Positions 44,715 through 59,100 are shown, numbered from the stretch's first letter. The stretch is 64,000 nucleotides of DNA from Bugula neritina (GCA_964035545.1 OZ037765.1:12100698-12164697), one strand, 5' to 3'. The notes: generated by a model from the letters alone, not told the origin. Numbers and translations are program-made.

Positions 44715-47700
44715 TTATTTGAGTCTTTGCTCTCCACACCCTTTCATCGCCACCCTGTTTCTTTTAGGTCCACGCTAAAATTAGTAAAGAGAACAGTTAT
44801 AAATTATTGTGTTGAAAACTCAAGAACTTATCAATAAACATACCTTGTAGCTAGCAGTATTCATCAGAATCAATTACATGGTAGTAATAGGCATGCAAAT
44901 TTAATCAACATTGTATCCAAGTATTTCACAAACCTTATTCCTGTAAGTTTGCCGAGAGTTGAGAAAAGAGAAATCTATTTTCTCTGAAGGCTTACAATGC
45001 TCGGAGCTATATTTCATGTTGTGATGAGCACTGAAGCAGTAAGGACATCCACCTTCATAGTATGCCTTCCTAGCTTTGTCACAATTAACGTTTTTGTGCC
45101 CAATGGAATTACAGAGGCTGCAGGACTTGTGGGGACAATCTTTAACAAAATGTGATGTTTCACCACAGAAAAAACAACGAGGACCAAATTTTTGTGAAGA
45201 TCGGGTCGAGTCTTTCTCTAAACTGTAAAAAACAATACAAATACATATTCAGAGTGTAAATATATAGATGAACATCATACTGAGTTGCAAACCTGTAGTA
45301 ATTAATGTTGGGAACACATTTGCTGGTATTTAATAAATGCAACAATATCTATGTCAAGAACAGCGTATTATGTTGAATATTTTAACTAAAAGATTAGCTT
45401 ACTCTACAGTGAATTTTAGCATGCCTTCTTGCCGTCCACTTTCTGGCTCAACTTTGCTGATAGTTCCCCTGAGTTTTGGATTGTTGGAGGGTAGAACACC
45501 ATCTCCCCTGCCACTGTTGACCGTTGATTTAGGTTCTTCATCAATGGTTGAAGAGCCTTGAAAACATGACATTACACATCAATACAATCATATTATAACA
45601 TGTTCATGTTATCATGTCAAAACAAGTTGTGTGAAACCACTTACCAGTAGGCGCCGAGATCACTGTGTTGGCTTCCTTAGATTTCACCGGTGTATTTTCT
45701 TTGTCTCCTCTCAAGTCATTAGAGCTTTGTAATATACAACTTATTGGTGCAAATCCACTAACTGGCCTACTCCCTGATGCTAAATAGGACCTAAAATAGA
45801 GCTTTCACTTTTTATTTCTTTATAAATGAGCTTTTAATGTCATATATTTCTAAAACATGTTACTAGTGCCTTGAGCCATTACTCCACAAAAGGACAATTT
45901 TTATCAACAAAAACAATGCCATCAACCAAAATTGGAAATTTACAAGAGGAAATATACTCATGCAGTATGATATAGATGTTTTGAACGCAAGATAAACTCC
46001 CAGTACTTTACATAGTCAGTCTTTTTGAAGAGTGAAACACATAACACAGTTGCCCACACTCATAGCAAAGGCTATTCTTGACTACGTTTATACTTTATGA
46101 CATATGTAATCATTTTATTTTAATTCCTAACCAATCTTCTTACCTAATTGCTTTTTGATCAACTCCAACATTACAGATTTTACCCCGAGAGCTACTCTCA
46201 GTCGGGATCTTTTTCTCTGGAGAGGAGGAAATGACTGAGTCATCAACTATGCTAGAAGGTTTCGAGTCCATTGCCTTCTTTCTAAAAATGATTATGTAAT
46301 AAAAACATTACATAGAGTAGTTAAAGGAAAATATCCCTATGTGCAGCAGGTAACAGTTATATTGAACTTCTCTCATTAGATCCAATAGCAAATCCCAGCA
46401 AATAAAAATATTTCTAACAATGACTGCAAACAAATATGTTTTCCAAACCATTACGAGAAAATTGGTTAATTAAACTACTTAAAATGTTACACAGAAAAAT
46501 AAAATTGTTTTGCTACTGTAAGACATAAACTACATAACAATTAATTCTCTGCCAATCATTGCTAAAATAAAGGTTTTTTTTTTTAAAAAATAGGTATACA
46601 TTTCAGATGGCTATTACACTCTGGTTTTAAACTGAAGCCCATCTACTGCTCCATCAATCAAAACTATGATTAAATATAAGAAAATGACGATTCCATACTG
46701 AGTTGAGGTACCGATGATTACAACTTAGCAGTTATATTAACTCTACTAGGTGGCTGAGAATAAACAATGCAGCAGAAAATAAACTCTTATTTTTAACTTG
46801 AATTGAACGATTAGGCAAACATGTTTATTAGCAAACACCGAACTCATTGTATAGTGATGCAAGTAGTTTTAGAATGGTTTTTTCAAACACTTACATTCTT
46901 TGTTCCTCATTAGCCTGGTCAGAAACTGAACCTCCAGAACTGATGTAACTCTCGTTTTTGTCACCACCATTTTGGTGCGTAGCCACAGGACTAGGAGTTG
47001 TCATCTCATCGGTAACATTACTAGACTGAAATTCATAACATATAAAAGAGATAAAGATTTTTTACTTGCATATATCCTATTATTCAACATGAAACAAAAT
47101 ATGCACAATAACTTTTTAGCCCACGATTATACTAGTATTGAATAATCACTAATCCATACATTTCCATACTGAATTTATAGCATTGAATCTCAAAACCTAT
47201 ATCCATTACTTGCCAGAATAAAATGTAGAAGAGATTAGAGATCAAAATTCTCAACATACACTTGCCTTTGCACAGTAGTAGCACTCCCTAATAATTAGTA
47301 AAACTTATTGAATATAAAAACTCACTTCAAAGGTGGCTATTCCACTAGATTCCTTTGAAATAGAACTTAGGTTATCTGGTGGGCTAGAAAGCGCTGAAAT
47401 TGGACTCGAAGTTAGGCATTGTTTTGGGTCATTGCCCACTTTAGACACCTCGTCAGCCCCACTGTTCGCAGCAATCGAGTTCAACTGTGACAATCCAGAT
47501 GTGTTGGGAGATTTTAATTCAAAAGTCTGATAAGTTTCTATTCCTAAACAAACATAACATTAGAAATTAGTTGCTCAGTTATAAAACAGAATTAAAACTT
47601 GCTTCACATATTGCCGCAATTGTCAAAAATTCAGACAGCTCTTACCTCCTTCTGCAGTGTGTTCTTTTGTAGTCTGCATTGCATCTGGAAGGGACAGAGA

Positions 47701-50700
47701 GAAATCTGGAAGCTCCTTGGTTACAGGTGGAGGAGGTAGTAAAGTGCTAGAAGGCATTTCAAGAGATGGTGTTAGAGACTTAGATGGCACCGGATTGTTA
47801 TGGGGGGTTGTCAAAGTGCTGGCAGTTGATTGCAAGTTGTTACCAGATGGCAGGGAAGCATTTGCAGTTGCATGAGAAAGATTTACAGGTGATTGGGGAG
47901 CATTGAGATCACCTGAGCCAGATGGAGCATTTGCATCAGATAGCACAGTCGCTGGACCTAAAATAAAAGCTAAGATAGTAGATTATAAAGCAACAAATAT
48001 TATATAATGCACTCAGCACAAAGTAGATATTCAAAATTATAAGGTAATTTATACCTGAGTTGTTAGTTTGAGGTACATTGTGACATATTTCTATTTTAGA
48101 ACTCTTTATCTCTCCAGTTTTTACTCTGATATCTTTAGATGTCATTGGGCCTTGTACAGTCATTGTATGATCAAGACCTAAAGCCATTAATAACAATTTG
48201 CATACCCCTCATCATTAGCAACTTTAATTATTAGCCTTGTCATTGTGATAAACACCATCAAAATCAGGGAACTACATTTTTATAAAATGAGCAGTATATC
48301 AAGCTTTAAGCAGAAGAGGGTTGTCATTACAAAACTTACGGCTTTTTTCCACCATTTGGTTGACCAATATACTGGAATCTTTGGCATCAACAAGTTCCAC
48401 ATACCAAAGGGGCATGGTGAGGTGAGAGTGCTACAACATTATAATTGATTAGACTTTGTGATTTGCATTGCATTTACATATGAAGTAGTGTTGCTTGAAA
48501 AACTACTAGTAACATCATGTCAGTTTACAAAAAAGAATAAGAATATAAAAAACAGTTTTTTTTATCTGAAAGCTGTTTCCTTTCTAAATTGCTCTGGCCA
48601 CAGGTTATTCACAGTTATGATGGAGTCAGGAAATCACACAAGTCTCATCTTAGCAACCCCATAAAAGTCAAGAGAATATATTTTAACATTTTAAATTTTA
48701 AACCTAAAGTGCAAGAAATCAGATTACCTCAGCCTAGTATATGATAGTAAAAATATAAGCCTGCTAAAACCTTATGGTAAGTATTCTGACCAAAGTGAAA
48801 CATCACTTAGCGTGGGGCCACACCAAGCAACACAATGCGTTGGCAGTAGAATTTACTAGCCAATAATATTTACATTTAACCTTACAACTCGCCTACTACG
48901 AGCTTTAGTTTCTATAGCTATGTCTTCAGTTATGCAACCAGAATATGACTTTAGATGAAAAAAGGATAGAAAAACTCAATCGCTAGAAAGCCAAAACATG
49001 AATTTGAAAAATGTACCAGCTAAATCGTCATCGGCCAACTAGATTATTTTCGTACAAACTTTCGGCACTGATTGTTCTACATTTTGACCTATTTACAGCT
49101 TATGCGGGGTTTCCCCTATTGGTCAGTGAGGAAAATCCGCTTAGTGTGGCCTCATGCTTGTAGTTTATGAAAATGTGGTGGTGCCATCAGCAGTGGCACT
49201 TTGAGCAATAGGCGCAGTACTTATCACTAGCATAAGTTGTAATACAAGTCTACACTTTTGCATAACAATAACCAAATATTGCATAAGATAGTGATTATGC
49301 TCAGCAGGCTAATTATATCATAAGTTTTTACATGGTACATATCTAACATATTATATAACTTGTAATACGTAACTGCAAAATTACTAAATAACAATAACAA
49401 CCACTTAAAGAATCTCTGACACACTTAATTTATGTAGTAATAAAATATTCATATATATTTTAGTTATCATTTGCAGCCTGTTTGAGGGTTAGATGCCCAA
49501 ATAATTTTGTAACTTTTTTAATAACAAATGTTGCACAAACATGCCTTGAATTTATTTGAGATTTTTCATCACTTTCTGATGACGTGTCCAGTCGCTTCTG
49601 AAGCCTACGATGTTATAAAATTAATAAGAAATTTTGCTGATTTTCACTGCATGCTATTCTTAACTGCAGCAGCACAGCTCAATTACTGAACCAGCTTAAA
49701 AGTTCATAATTAAAACTTTTAAGCTGGTTCAGTAATTAAGCTGTGTTGCTGCAGTTAAGAATAGCATGCAGTGAAAATCAGCAAAATTTCTTATTAATTT
49801 TATAACATCGTAGGCTTCAGAAGCGACTGGACACGTCATCAGAAAGTGATGAAAAATCTCAAATAAATTCAAGGCATGTTTGTGCAACATTTGTTATTAA
49901 AAAAGTTACAAAATTATTTGAGCATCCAACCCTCAAACAGGCTGCAAATGATAATTAAGATATATATGAATATTTTATTACTACATAAATTAAGTGTGTC
50001 AGAGATTCTTTAAGTCATATTACATAATAATTGCAAAACCGCTTTGGCTGTAACTGGTAACATCTAAATACAGTTATTTACAAATAAAGCTGGTACTAGA
50101 ATGAACTGGAACCAGCATAACTATGTATGAAGAAGAAACATATGTAACGGAGAAAGTTACCTTCTTGTGGACAAACTTCACTTTAAAAAGTCTTGGCTTT
50201 CCATTTGATGGTTTGATGAGGTCGTTGAACAACCACCTGGGATCATTGCCGAGTTCAGGTTGGTCGTGAGGGTACAAAGAACAGACAGCTGCCTAAAGTA
50301 ATCATTCATTATAACAAATAAATAAATACTGAATGATAAAACCCTAAAAAAATTCTAATCAAATGAAATATTACACAACAAAATGCGTTTAATGTACATC
50401 AACACAGTAGATAGTAAGCTAACCGTGAATGGCATCTTCAAGTCATCACTAGTGCACGCTGCCAACTTAGAGTGAGGAGCCTCCACTTTATGGCCAGTAT
50501 CCGCAATCACCACCAGTGCAATCAACTTACCAGAGGAACTCTGAAACAGACACATCACTTAGGTATGGACAAGAACAGGTGCTTTTAGAGATTCTAATAT
50601 TTCTTAAAACTTAATAATTGTGTGTTTGAATATATTTAGAATAGATTATTTTTAGAATGTTTGAAGACATTGAATGAAACATATTTCCAGTAAAAATTAC

Positions 50701-53700
50701 AATTATGGGAAAAAACCCAAAACATTACATATGTCATGGCAGACACGCACGCACAAAGAGCACCATAATAAATTTGCTAAAATAAGAACCAAAAGAAAAT
50801 TAATGCATGTCATGTTTCAAGCATTAAAAAAATTCACTTGCAATTAAAATTGTTTTCTAAGATGCGGTTCAAAATAGAATTCATACTGAAATTCTATTTT
50901 ACACAAATTATTGATTAAAAAACTAACCACTCGATCCTTGACACAAGGGTCCAAGACTATAGCTCTGCACCACACACCATCTTCAGGGTGGTTTATCATG
51001 ACCACCATACCAGTATGTAAATCATTTGGATAGTCACTGTACAGCTTTACCTTGCCCAGCAGTAAATTCTCTCTATAAATTAGTTTTTTGGAATAAATTA
51101 TTAGATTGAGCCTATAAATTGTAAGTAATAAGAAACCCTTTTAAATATTATTAGAAAAACAGTTCCATTACTGATTATTAACGATGAAAATATAACATTG
51201 AATAAAGTTGTATTTAAACCTCTGCTAAAAAGTGCCCAGTTTCAGTTAACAACACTTGTCCGAGTACCCATTTATAGTCAAACTGAAGCTCGGTGGGATC
51301 ACAGTGATGCGGAAGCTTACGTTCTAATAGTGAAATACGACTCGCCTAATCACTAATTGTTGCCCTTTGTAAATGCCGTGAATTAGTAAAGTTGACAGCA
51401 TAGAAGCGATTATTGAGAAAGGGTAGCCGATATAATAATAAACATATAAGTATGTCATCTAATCGCCAAAATCATAATCAAATACCGATACTTATAAGGA
51501 GTTACTATTCCTTTTGATTATTATTCTGAACCAGGCCAATCACAATACAAAAATTTTGGCTTTTACAATGCAATGCAACTCTGTGAAATTTCAACTAGGT
51601 CAACTTGAATTTCTGACTGAAAATGGTGAGAAATCCAGAATTAATAAACTAAAGCACTAAAAACATGAAAGCCTAAATTGTCATAACTACACGAAGATGA
51701 CAATATTTATGCACTAATCATAAACTCTATTAAAAAGTACCTATTTCCAAACATTCTATTAAAAAAGAAAAATAGCTTCAAACAATGAAGAAAATACTGT
51801 ACTAGACTTGACTGAAAAAACTATAAGGATTTCTTAAAAGGTATAAAATTTAAAGTATGTTAACAATTTTGTCAGTTTCAGAAAGCGCCGTCCCTATGGC
51901 TAATTGGCAACTTTTAAATCTTGTATGATTAACCAGAAAATATGAATCAACATAGGAAATAAAGTAACTCCAAAACTGCACCTAGTTATTGAATATCGTC
52001 ATTAGAGGTGGATGACTTTTGCTTAACAAACGCTGGTTTATTTATGAAGTTCTAAAGCTAAAGATTTTGCCAGAATTTTTGATGGCCTGAAACTATAATC
52101 ACTGTAGGGTGTTCTTTATTTATTTACACTGCCATTAGTTTCAATGAAATTGTTTGTCAAGATACTGTCTCCAAACTTGACTTATATTTTGTCGTGGTTA
52201 ATCCTGGCAGCTATCCAAACCCACACAATGATGTTTACAAGTATTTTTAGCTGGCTCAGAGCATGGGTTAAACTTGTAAATATGTCTTACTAAATTTTCA
52301 TACTCTGAGCAAGTATTAACAACAAAACTACTAAAACATTTGATGAGGTTTTCAAAAAAACCTCAGCTTTCACTTGAGAACTAGTAAATGTAACAGCACT
52401 AAATAAATAGACCACCTGCACTTGAATGCCAGCTGATACAATGGAGAAGTGTATTCACTAGACACACATAATCTAAGCCAAAAGATCCCATCTCTATCCA
52501 TAGGGTTAGAATAGCACTCCACAATATCACCAGGAGCTAGTGTTAAATCTGTAACCATCTTGTCTGTTATTTCTATAACACATAGCAGAACATAGACAAC
52601 AATAAAACAGCATATTATTTTACGCTTGAATCATATGACTAATTCTACTAGGATTGACTTGTGATGAAATATATTGGCATTAACTTTTCAGTGATCATGT
52701 CAGCCTATAAATATTGTTTCAGTTAAAATAAACTGAAAATTAAGTTGAAAATTAGACTGTGATTAATAAAGCATAAACAAAAGATCACAAAGTCATTTAA
52801 TCTTCCTCACCTGTGCGAATGGGTTTCAACTGGCAGTTCATTATTTCTTTTACCACAGCATCCGGGTTCCATTGAGATGAAAATTCAACTTTGTGGCCAT
52901 CTTGCAACATTGGTAACATGTCTTTAATGGATTCCGCATCAAACTCCACCATCTAAACCAGAGAAACAATGTTATTCAGCACTTGAATCAATCTTGTTTA
53001 TGACTTAAACTGTAAATTTAAAAAGGATGTTGTAGTTTGTCTTTAATTCAAATTAACTACATTCCTGGGCAGTTTTATAAACAATGGGAAACGAAACTGT
53101 CAAATTTTGAACTATTCAAAATTTTTAAATAAAAGCTGCATATTTACTCTTCTTAAAAATTTTTAACTTAGCTCATCAGCTTTTCCAATTAGTTGAGTGC
53201 AAAAATCATGAAGTCTGCACATACTATTAGTTTATATATTACAAACATTATCTCAAAACTTCCTCATGTATTTCAACTATAGCAAGAACAGTTTCCTCTA
53301 AATAGAAAGTTGTAATAGAAGCATGCTATAAAGTAACACAAAATGGGTAAAAAAAACCCAAGATAGTAATAATGATTATTAACATGATTGTAAAGGCTGC
53401 ATTCACCAAATAAAACCAACCGATTGTGTAATAATATTTAACAGATAGATAGAAAAGTGATTTTCAAGATGGCAGCAATAAATATAAATGTGATTTTTAA
53501 GATGATAGCAAAAATTAGGCATGCACTGCAGCTTGTTACAATAAATATATATTTCTACAACAACAAATAGAACATGTATTATACAATCAAAACCAAGTTT
53601 TATGTATGTAAGTTAGAATGTCATAGACATGCATGCTCTACATTGAAATTAGTGAATCACTCTACCCAAAGGGTATACCATGTACATGGCGATAACTGTT

Positions 53701-56470
53701 AGTAATGATATGTTCAGACAACTCCTACACCAGATGTATTAATTTCTAACTATAACCTTCAAGTAACCAACAAAAACATGACAGAAAACAAAGCATGATA
53801 TGGCATGTAAGCTATGTCCTGGTACAGATATGAATAAACAAGAAAATAGAACTTGTCAGTGGTACAGAGAGGAAAGAAGGCAGAAGAACATGACAAGATA
53901 ACCTGAGATTTAATACTGAGAGCTATTTTACTAAAGTCCTCATCACTTGCCGAGACATCTAGGTGAGAGATGTCGGTGATGGCAGTCTAAGAAGATACAA
54001 GAGTACGCGGTTAACACAACGGAAATGGCAAGCGGTGATGGAATACCTACTACAACAAATTTTCACAAACCCTATTTTCCAGGTTGAGGCATAAAATATT
54101 TTGCTAGAGGTGTGCAACAACAAACCTGCTCCACGTAGTGCAGAGTTATTTATAATTTCAACTTAAGATAGACTTATTACTAAGAAATAATGGCATAAAT
54201 CAGTTAACTTTTTAGAAAAGATTATAACTATTTGATTTGTATAAAAATTGAATATCCAAGCTAGAACCACAGACAAGAAAATAGGATTCAATATGCTGTA
54301 GAAAATCTAAAGCAAGATGGCAGAATTACCAGATTCATAGCATTGATGTGATTGGTACACTCCCTGACAGTTTTATTGAGAGTAGGCCTGAGCTGGTCGT
54401 AGTAAGCTACTATTTGAGCTGTCAGTTCACGCTTTTTATTTATGATTGCATTCTTGACCGACTCAAATGAAGAATTCATAATACTGAGATCAATGGATTT
54501 TCTAAAACACAACAGCTTTAACATTATGAGCAGACAACTGACCACATTTATACATTCACAAAACAAACGAAATATGTCTATTTTAACTGCTAATTTCAAG
54601 GTGAAAAGATGTTGTGATAACACATAAGAACACAGAGCAGTTCCTCAACTATTCCAATGGAATACAGACTGACATTCGGGCAGATTTAGTGCATGCTAAA
54701 AAGATACAAAGCTTTCCTAGTCAAATTATGCCATGTGTTGCATTAGGCTGTAGCAAAAGTTGCTGCTAGATTAGAATTGATCAGGTAAATAACATGTTTG
54801 ACATATGTACTCAAAGTACAGTGTACGGACGGTATCTTGTTTTTATAGATTGAATAGAAATTGACTTTTGTTTCAAATAAAAGTTACGAGCAGACATAGA
54901 CCCATGCATTCACCCTGAATATTTTAGCTGCAGGTTATGTTAACATACATGCTCTAGTACCAACAAATGTAGGTTGGGCAAAATGTTAAAATCCCTTTGA
55001 AACTACTCACTGTTTTTCCAGATCATTCTCATAGCCTTGGAGTTGCTCAAGACATTGCTGAGAGTTTTCCCTCCTTCTAATAAGCATAGAATAACAGATA
55101 CTCACCTAATTCAAATTTCAATCTATTATCAACAAAGGCTAGGCAAAACGGGAATAAGGGGAAATAGTTTAAAAAGTTTAAATGTAATAGCTAAGCAAAC
55201 AGTAGCTCAGGCAAAAATCAGCAATAAAGATAGATAGCATAGCCATATAATATAGAATGGCAGAATAAGGAAAAAATTGAGGAGGAAAATCAGCAATTGT
55301 CAGCCAGATGAAGCTCAAAGACAGAGGTGGACATGTTTATAGATAACTTGATATGAATGATGGAAAGAGAAAACACTCTCAGAAGCTCTTGGAAAAAGAA
55401 ACAGAACCAGATGTAGCTGTCAGTGAATAATGAAATAACAGAATAATATGAATTAAAGCAAAAATATGAAACCACATCAAGAGCTGTAAAATGGTTTTGG
55501 AACGTAGTGCTAGTATTGAAGGGAAGTGCAGTATTGGAGCAATTGAGAAATTTAACAAAAGAAGTTATGATCTCACGAGAGTTTCAAAGTGGCTCTAAAC
55601 AAAAAATTATAAGAAAAATTCAAGAAATTGGGCTATTAAAGTTTCTTCATTACTCCACTTGAATGAAGAACTAATTACAAAACACTCAAATGATGGGGGA
55701 AGAGGAATGTCATAACAAAAATCTTTAACCACAAACTAAAAGGAACTGACTATGACATTAAGCTTCCAAAGCAGTTTACAAGTTGGTAAAAAGAGATTAA
55801 CTTTATGTTGAGCCTTATTTTTTCAGGACCCTAAAACTTTTCTTAAACTCTCAAGCACAAAAACAACACCCAACAGCGGTAATTTGACAAGGTATAATTG
55901 AGTTTGCTAAGAAAGTGCAAGCAAGGAGCAAGTTCAATGTTACTGTAGACTTACTTTGATAACCAATCTTTATGCTTGTGTATGAGCTCCTCCTGCATTC
56001 TCTAGAATATAAAGATATAGTGTGTGTGTATCCATCAAGAACTGATGCATACACTGGTACTTGCAGAATATAATTTTTTCTTTAAACACTGCTACATAAA
56101 TTTTGAATTGAGACTAATAAAATCTTTGGCCACTTCTCCTGCACACACTCCAGACCGTTAAGTATTACAGCTGTTCAGTATTGTTCTAGACTCTAGAGCA
56201 TTAGCTGACAATTTTTAACCAGTACAACACTGAACTGATGCATTTAAAAACATTTTCGTCTTCCCTACATACAATTTTTCTAAAATGTATGTTTATGTCA
56301 AGTTGACTTGGTAAAACACAAGCTCAAAACAGAACTGCTAACAACTCTTTAAGTAATCAGGTAGTGTCCACTTACCATGTTTACTAGAGATTTAACATGA
56401 TGTGTTAGGCTCATTGGACCAAAGTGAACACGTTCATTGCATCTCCCACACATATACACTGGAGCTTCAC
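44715..56470 (-). CDS. B-box / coiled-coil / extended Tudor / low-complexity / CCHC zinc-knuckle protein (>=938 aa, 5' end unresolved)
   Basis: 20 phase-consistent exons: 56376-56470, 55955-56001, 55011-55076, 54330-54501, 53903-53986, 52811-52952, 52416-52572, 50928-51072, 50424-50540, 50161-50292, 48340-48430, 48055-48177, 47646-47957, 47326-47543, 46895-47025, 46144-46281, 45645-45790, 45403-45556, 44934-45222, 44715-44774. B-box-like MCGRCNERVH...THH; BBC-like helix (FESVKNAIINKKRELTAQI); Tudor GMVVMINHPEDGVWCRAIV...VVIADTGHKVEAPHSKL; knuckles CFFCGETSHFVKDC and CSLCNSIGHKNVNC. Candidate upstream micro-exon at 56866-56886 (AVEWCS|C). Confidence 0.8.
48809..49158. mobile_element. Non-autonomous TIR element (MITE), possibly PIF/Harbinger-like
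   Basis: Imperfect 20-bp TIRs agcgtggggccacaccaagc / gcttagtgtggcctcatgct; TSD unclear. Confidence 0.6.
49409..50009. mobile_element. Kolobok-like palindromic MITE
   Basis: TTAA flanks (49405-49408, 50010-50013), AG...CT termini, ~300-bp arms with about 6 mismatches and a ~9-nt spacer near 49705-49713. Confidence 0.85.
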
Positions 56471-57039
56471 CTAAAAGTGGAGTGAGAGAAAATTAGCATA
56501 CCTAATAGATATACTTCCACCTAACTATGTTGTCAGCGATTCTGTAACACAATATTAGCATATATCAAAGTTGTGTGTTTTACCAGCTACTAAAAGATAT
56601 AGAATACAAAATACAATATAGAATTCAACTTGATTAGAATTTGATTAAAAAGGAAGAAAGTGTAATACAGGTCACTCCTGCTCTAAGCTAACATTGTGAG
56701 TTATAGTAATCAACAAATGTTACAGGTGCTAAATATAAAACAAACTTTTTAGAGAGCATGTTTTAACCGAAGTAGTTATTCATTCTCAAATTAAAACAAA
56801 TATTCAAGTAAAGCACAATAAAGTATGAACTACATGAAAATTTCTAGTTTTAATCACAAACTCACACGAACACCATTCTACTGCCACTATAGGTTATTGC
56901 ATAAAATATGAATGGGTCATTTTACTATATTTAGTACCAGCAAATTAGGACCAAATATTAAAATTGGGTAAAAGTCATCAGAATACGACAAATTATGTTA
57001 TTTTTTATGCTGATTACAAAATATGTAAAAGAAAACCGA

Positions 57040-58440
57040 TGAGGGGGAATCCTGCAACAACAAAGTGCATTTAATTACCATGTTGGTAGTAGAAATGTTG
57101 TTTCTATTGTGCAGGGCAGTGAGCAGCTATCCTTGAAAGCTACTTTGTTTAAATTATGGCTAATAAAAACATTGGTACATTTTGTACTTCATTTGGAAGA
57201 TAAAAAGTTGTACCATTGGTAGGATGCAAAGTAAACTTTATATAAAATGGTCAAATGTGCCAAAATCTAGCGTGTAATAATTAAAGTGAAGTGACTACAA
57301 ATAATCGAAGTACATTAAAGTTGGGTTCCTTTAAAAGATGCTTAATTTTTAAGAGTTCTGAGCTGTTGTTTGGTTTAAACTCTGGAAACATGACTATTCA
57401 ATTAAAACAGAGCATTGAAAAAATGATTTTTACCTGCTACTTAGAATACCAAAGTGAAGAAATTCAACCAAGTGCTTGTAAACGGCAAGAGGAACTGTTT
57501 ACTGTTATAATTTTGGTTGTGCCCGCTAGATCATCATGTAGCTTTAGGTAACGGTTACTAGTTGCACTATTTGGCTATGGTAGGCCAAGGACATTGTTAG
57601 CAAGCACATGTCTCTTTTTGATCAAGTACATGGGTCAACTAGCTTTTAGCTTTTGCATGACTGATAGCACACACTTGGCAGAAAAAGGGGTTATCAAAGG
57701 CAATGACAAGCCTTGACAGACTTATTTGTTGACCAGTTTTTATGGTTATCGGGGTAGCAGATATTCTATTTGACCTGACCAACACAACTACTGAGTTAGT
57801 GAGACACTTGCCATTTGCTGCTGATAATGCTCTAGTGGTTCATCACCCCAATATTATACTAAGGCTACTACACATATTTGCTAGTGTTGTAAGAGAAATT
57901 AGTCTTAAAATCAAAATCAAGAAGACAGAATGTCTCTATCAGCCCCTAAAATTTTAAAGCGAAAATTTTTAACTAAACACCATAACCATCAATGGAGAAC
58001 CTTTAAAAAATGTAGAAATTTCGAATAATTTGGAAGCACAATAGCTGACAATGCCAAAGCAGATAATGAAACCTCCCTGAGAATAGGAAACACTAGTGCA
58101 GTGTATGAAAAATTGAGAATTAGAGTTTGGACTAATCGTCATTTTCTAATCAAAGTCAAGAGTCAGGTGTAGCATCCTATGGTGGTCGCTGCCTTACTAT
58201 ATGATGTTTAGACATGAAACATATACAGCTTGTAAGTTGAAAAATTTCAAATATATGTCATACACATATATGGGTAATCATGGGTATTTCTTGGAAGGAT
58301 AAGTTTACAAACTATAAAGTGCTTTAAGGGAGCTAGTTTACAAAGTTTAAAGTTTATTTTCATTCAGATGAACTTGAGATGGTTAGGATATCTCGAGAGG
58401 ATAGACCATAATCGTTTACCTAGACAACTTCTCTATTCAG
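57040..58440 (+). mobile_element. Decayed RTE-clade LINE reverse transcriptase fragment
   Basis: SIEKMIFT (cf. RSTIDMIFT), LVRHLPFAADNALVVH (cf. ELLFADDCALVAH), SLKIKIKKTECLYQP, ITINGEPL, SLRIGNTSAVYEKLRIRVW, GISWKDK, LRWLGYLERIDHNRLPRQLLYS, with stops and frameshifts. Left boundary approximate. Confidence 0.85.
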
Positions 58441-58779
58441 AAATTAGCCTCACCAATTAGTAAAGTGCCAACATATAATGTACCATCAGAAACACACTTT
58501 CCATATACGCTTATTTTTCAGATTTAATGAAAAACATTGACATTATATTTACAAGGGTTAGTTATCCTTATTTGATAATTTCCCAGTTTGACCAACATAG
58601 GCCAAAAAAACTGAATAAAAACTAAGGGAAATCAAATTCTACAAACAGGCCAAAGTTGAAAAATACTGGGAACCAATACAAGAAGCAGCTAGCCAACTAG
58701 CTGCAATGAAATACTTTGGTGTTATGGAGAATAATCATACACCAGAAATATCCACTTGTCGCTCAGTAGTCTGAACGCA

Positions 58780-59100
58780 AGTGCGAACATTTTCTGTCGT
58801 CGTCACCTAATTGGCCAATAGTTATTTAGCGAGCCCAGTTTTCTTAATTTAGTGCTACATTCCAGTAAATTGCGTTTTATTGAAAGCGAGCGAGATTTAA
58901 AAACTAAAATTTAATTCATCCTACACGCGTAGCCATAGCAACAAGGCGAGCAATAAAGTTAAACGCAAATATTATTAGCCAGTAGTTTTTCGATTTCACT
59001 GATGCCACGTTCCGTACAGTGGACACCTTTTCTACTCGCGGTTCAAATTTTCGTCTGCAAAAACAGGCACCGTATGGCCCAACGATTACTGTTAGTCTTA
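58780..59100. promoter_or_regulatory. Probable promoter region with CCAAT and RFX X-box
   Basis: Locally CpG-rich; CCAAT at 58815-58819; GTAGCCATAGCAAC X-box at 58929-58942; lies upstream of the Tudor gene. Confidence 0.5.

Noticed and set aside
58741-58806. First coding exon of the Tudor gene (ATG at 58790)
   Set aside because: The ATG frame does not give the phase-1 junction needed downstream and no frame supplies the expected CxxC; it may be a UTR exon, so left unresolved.
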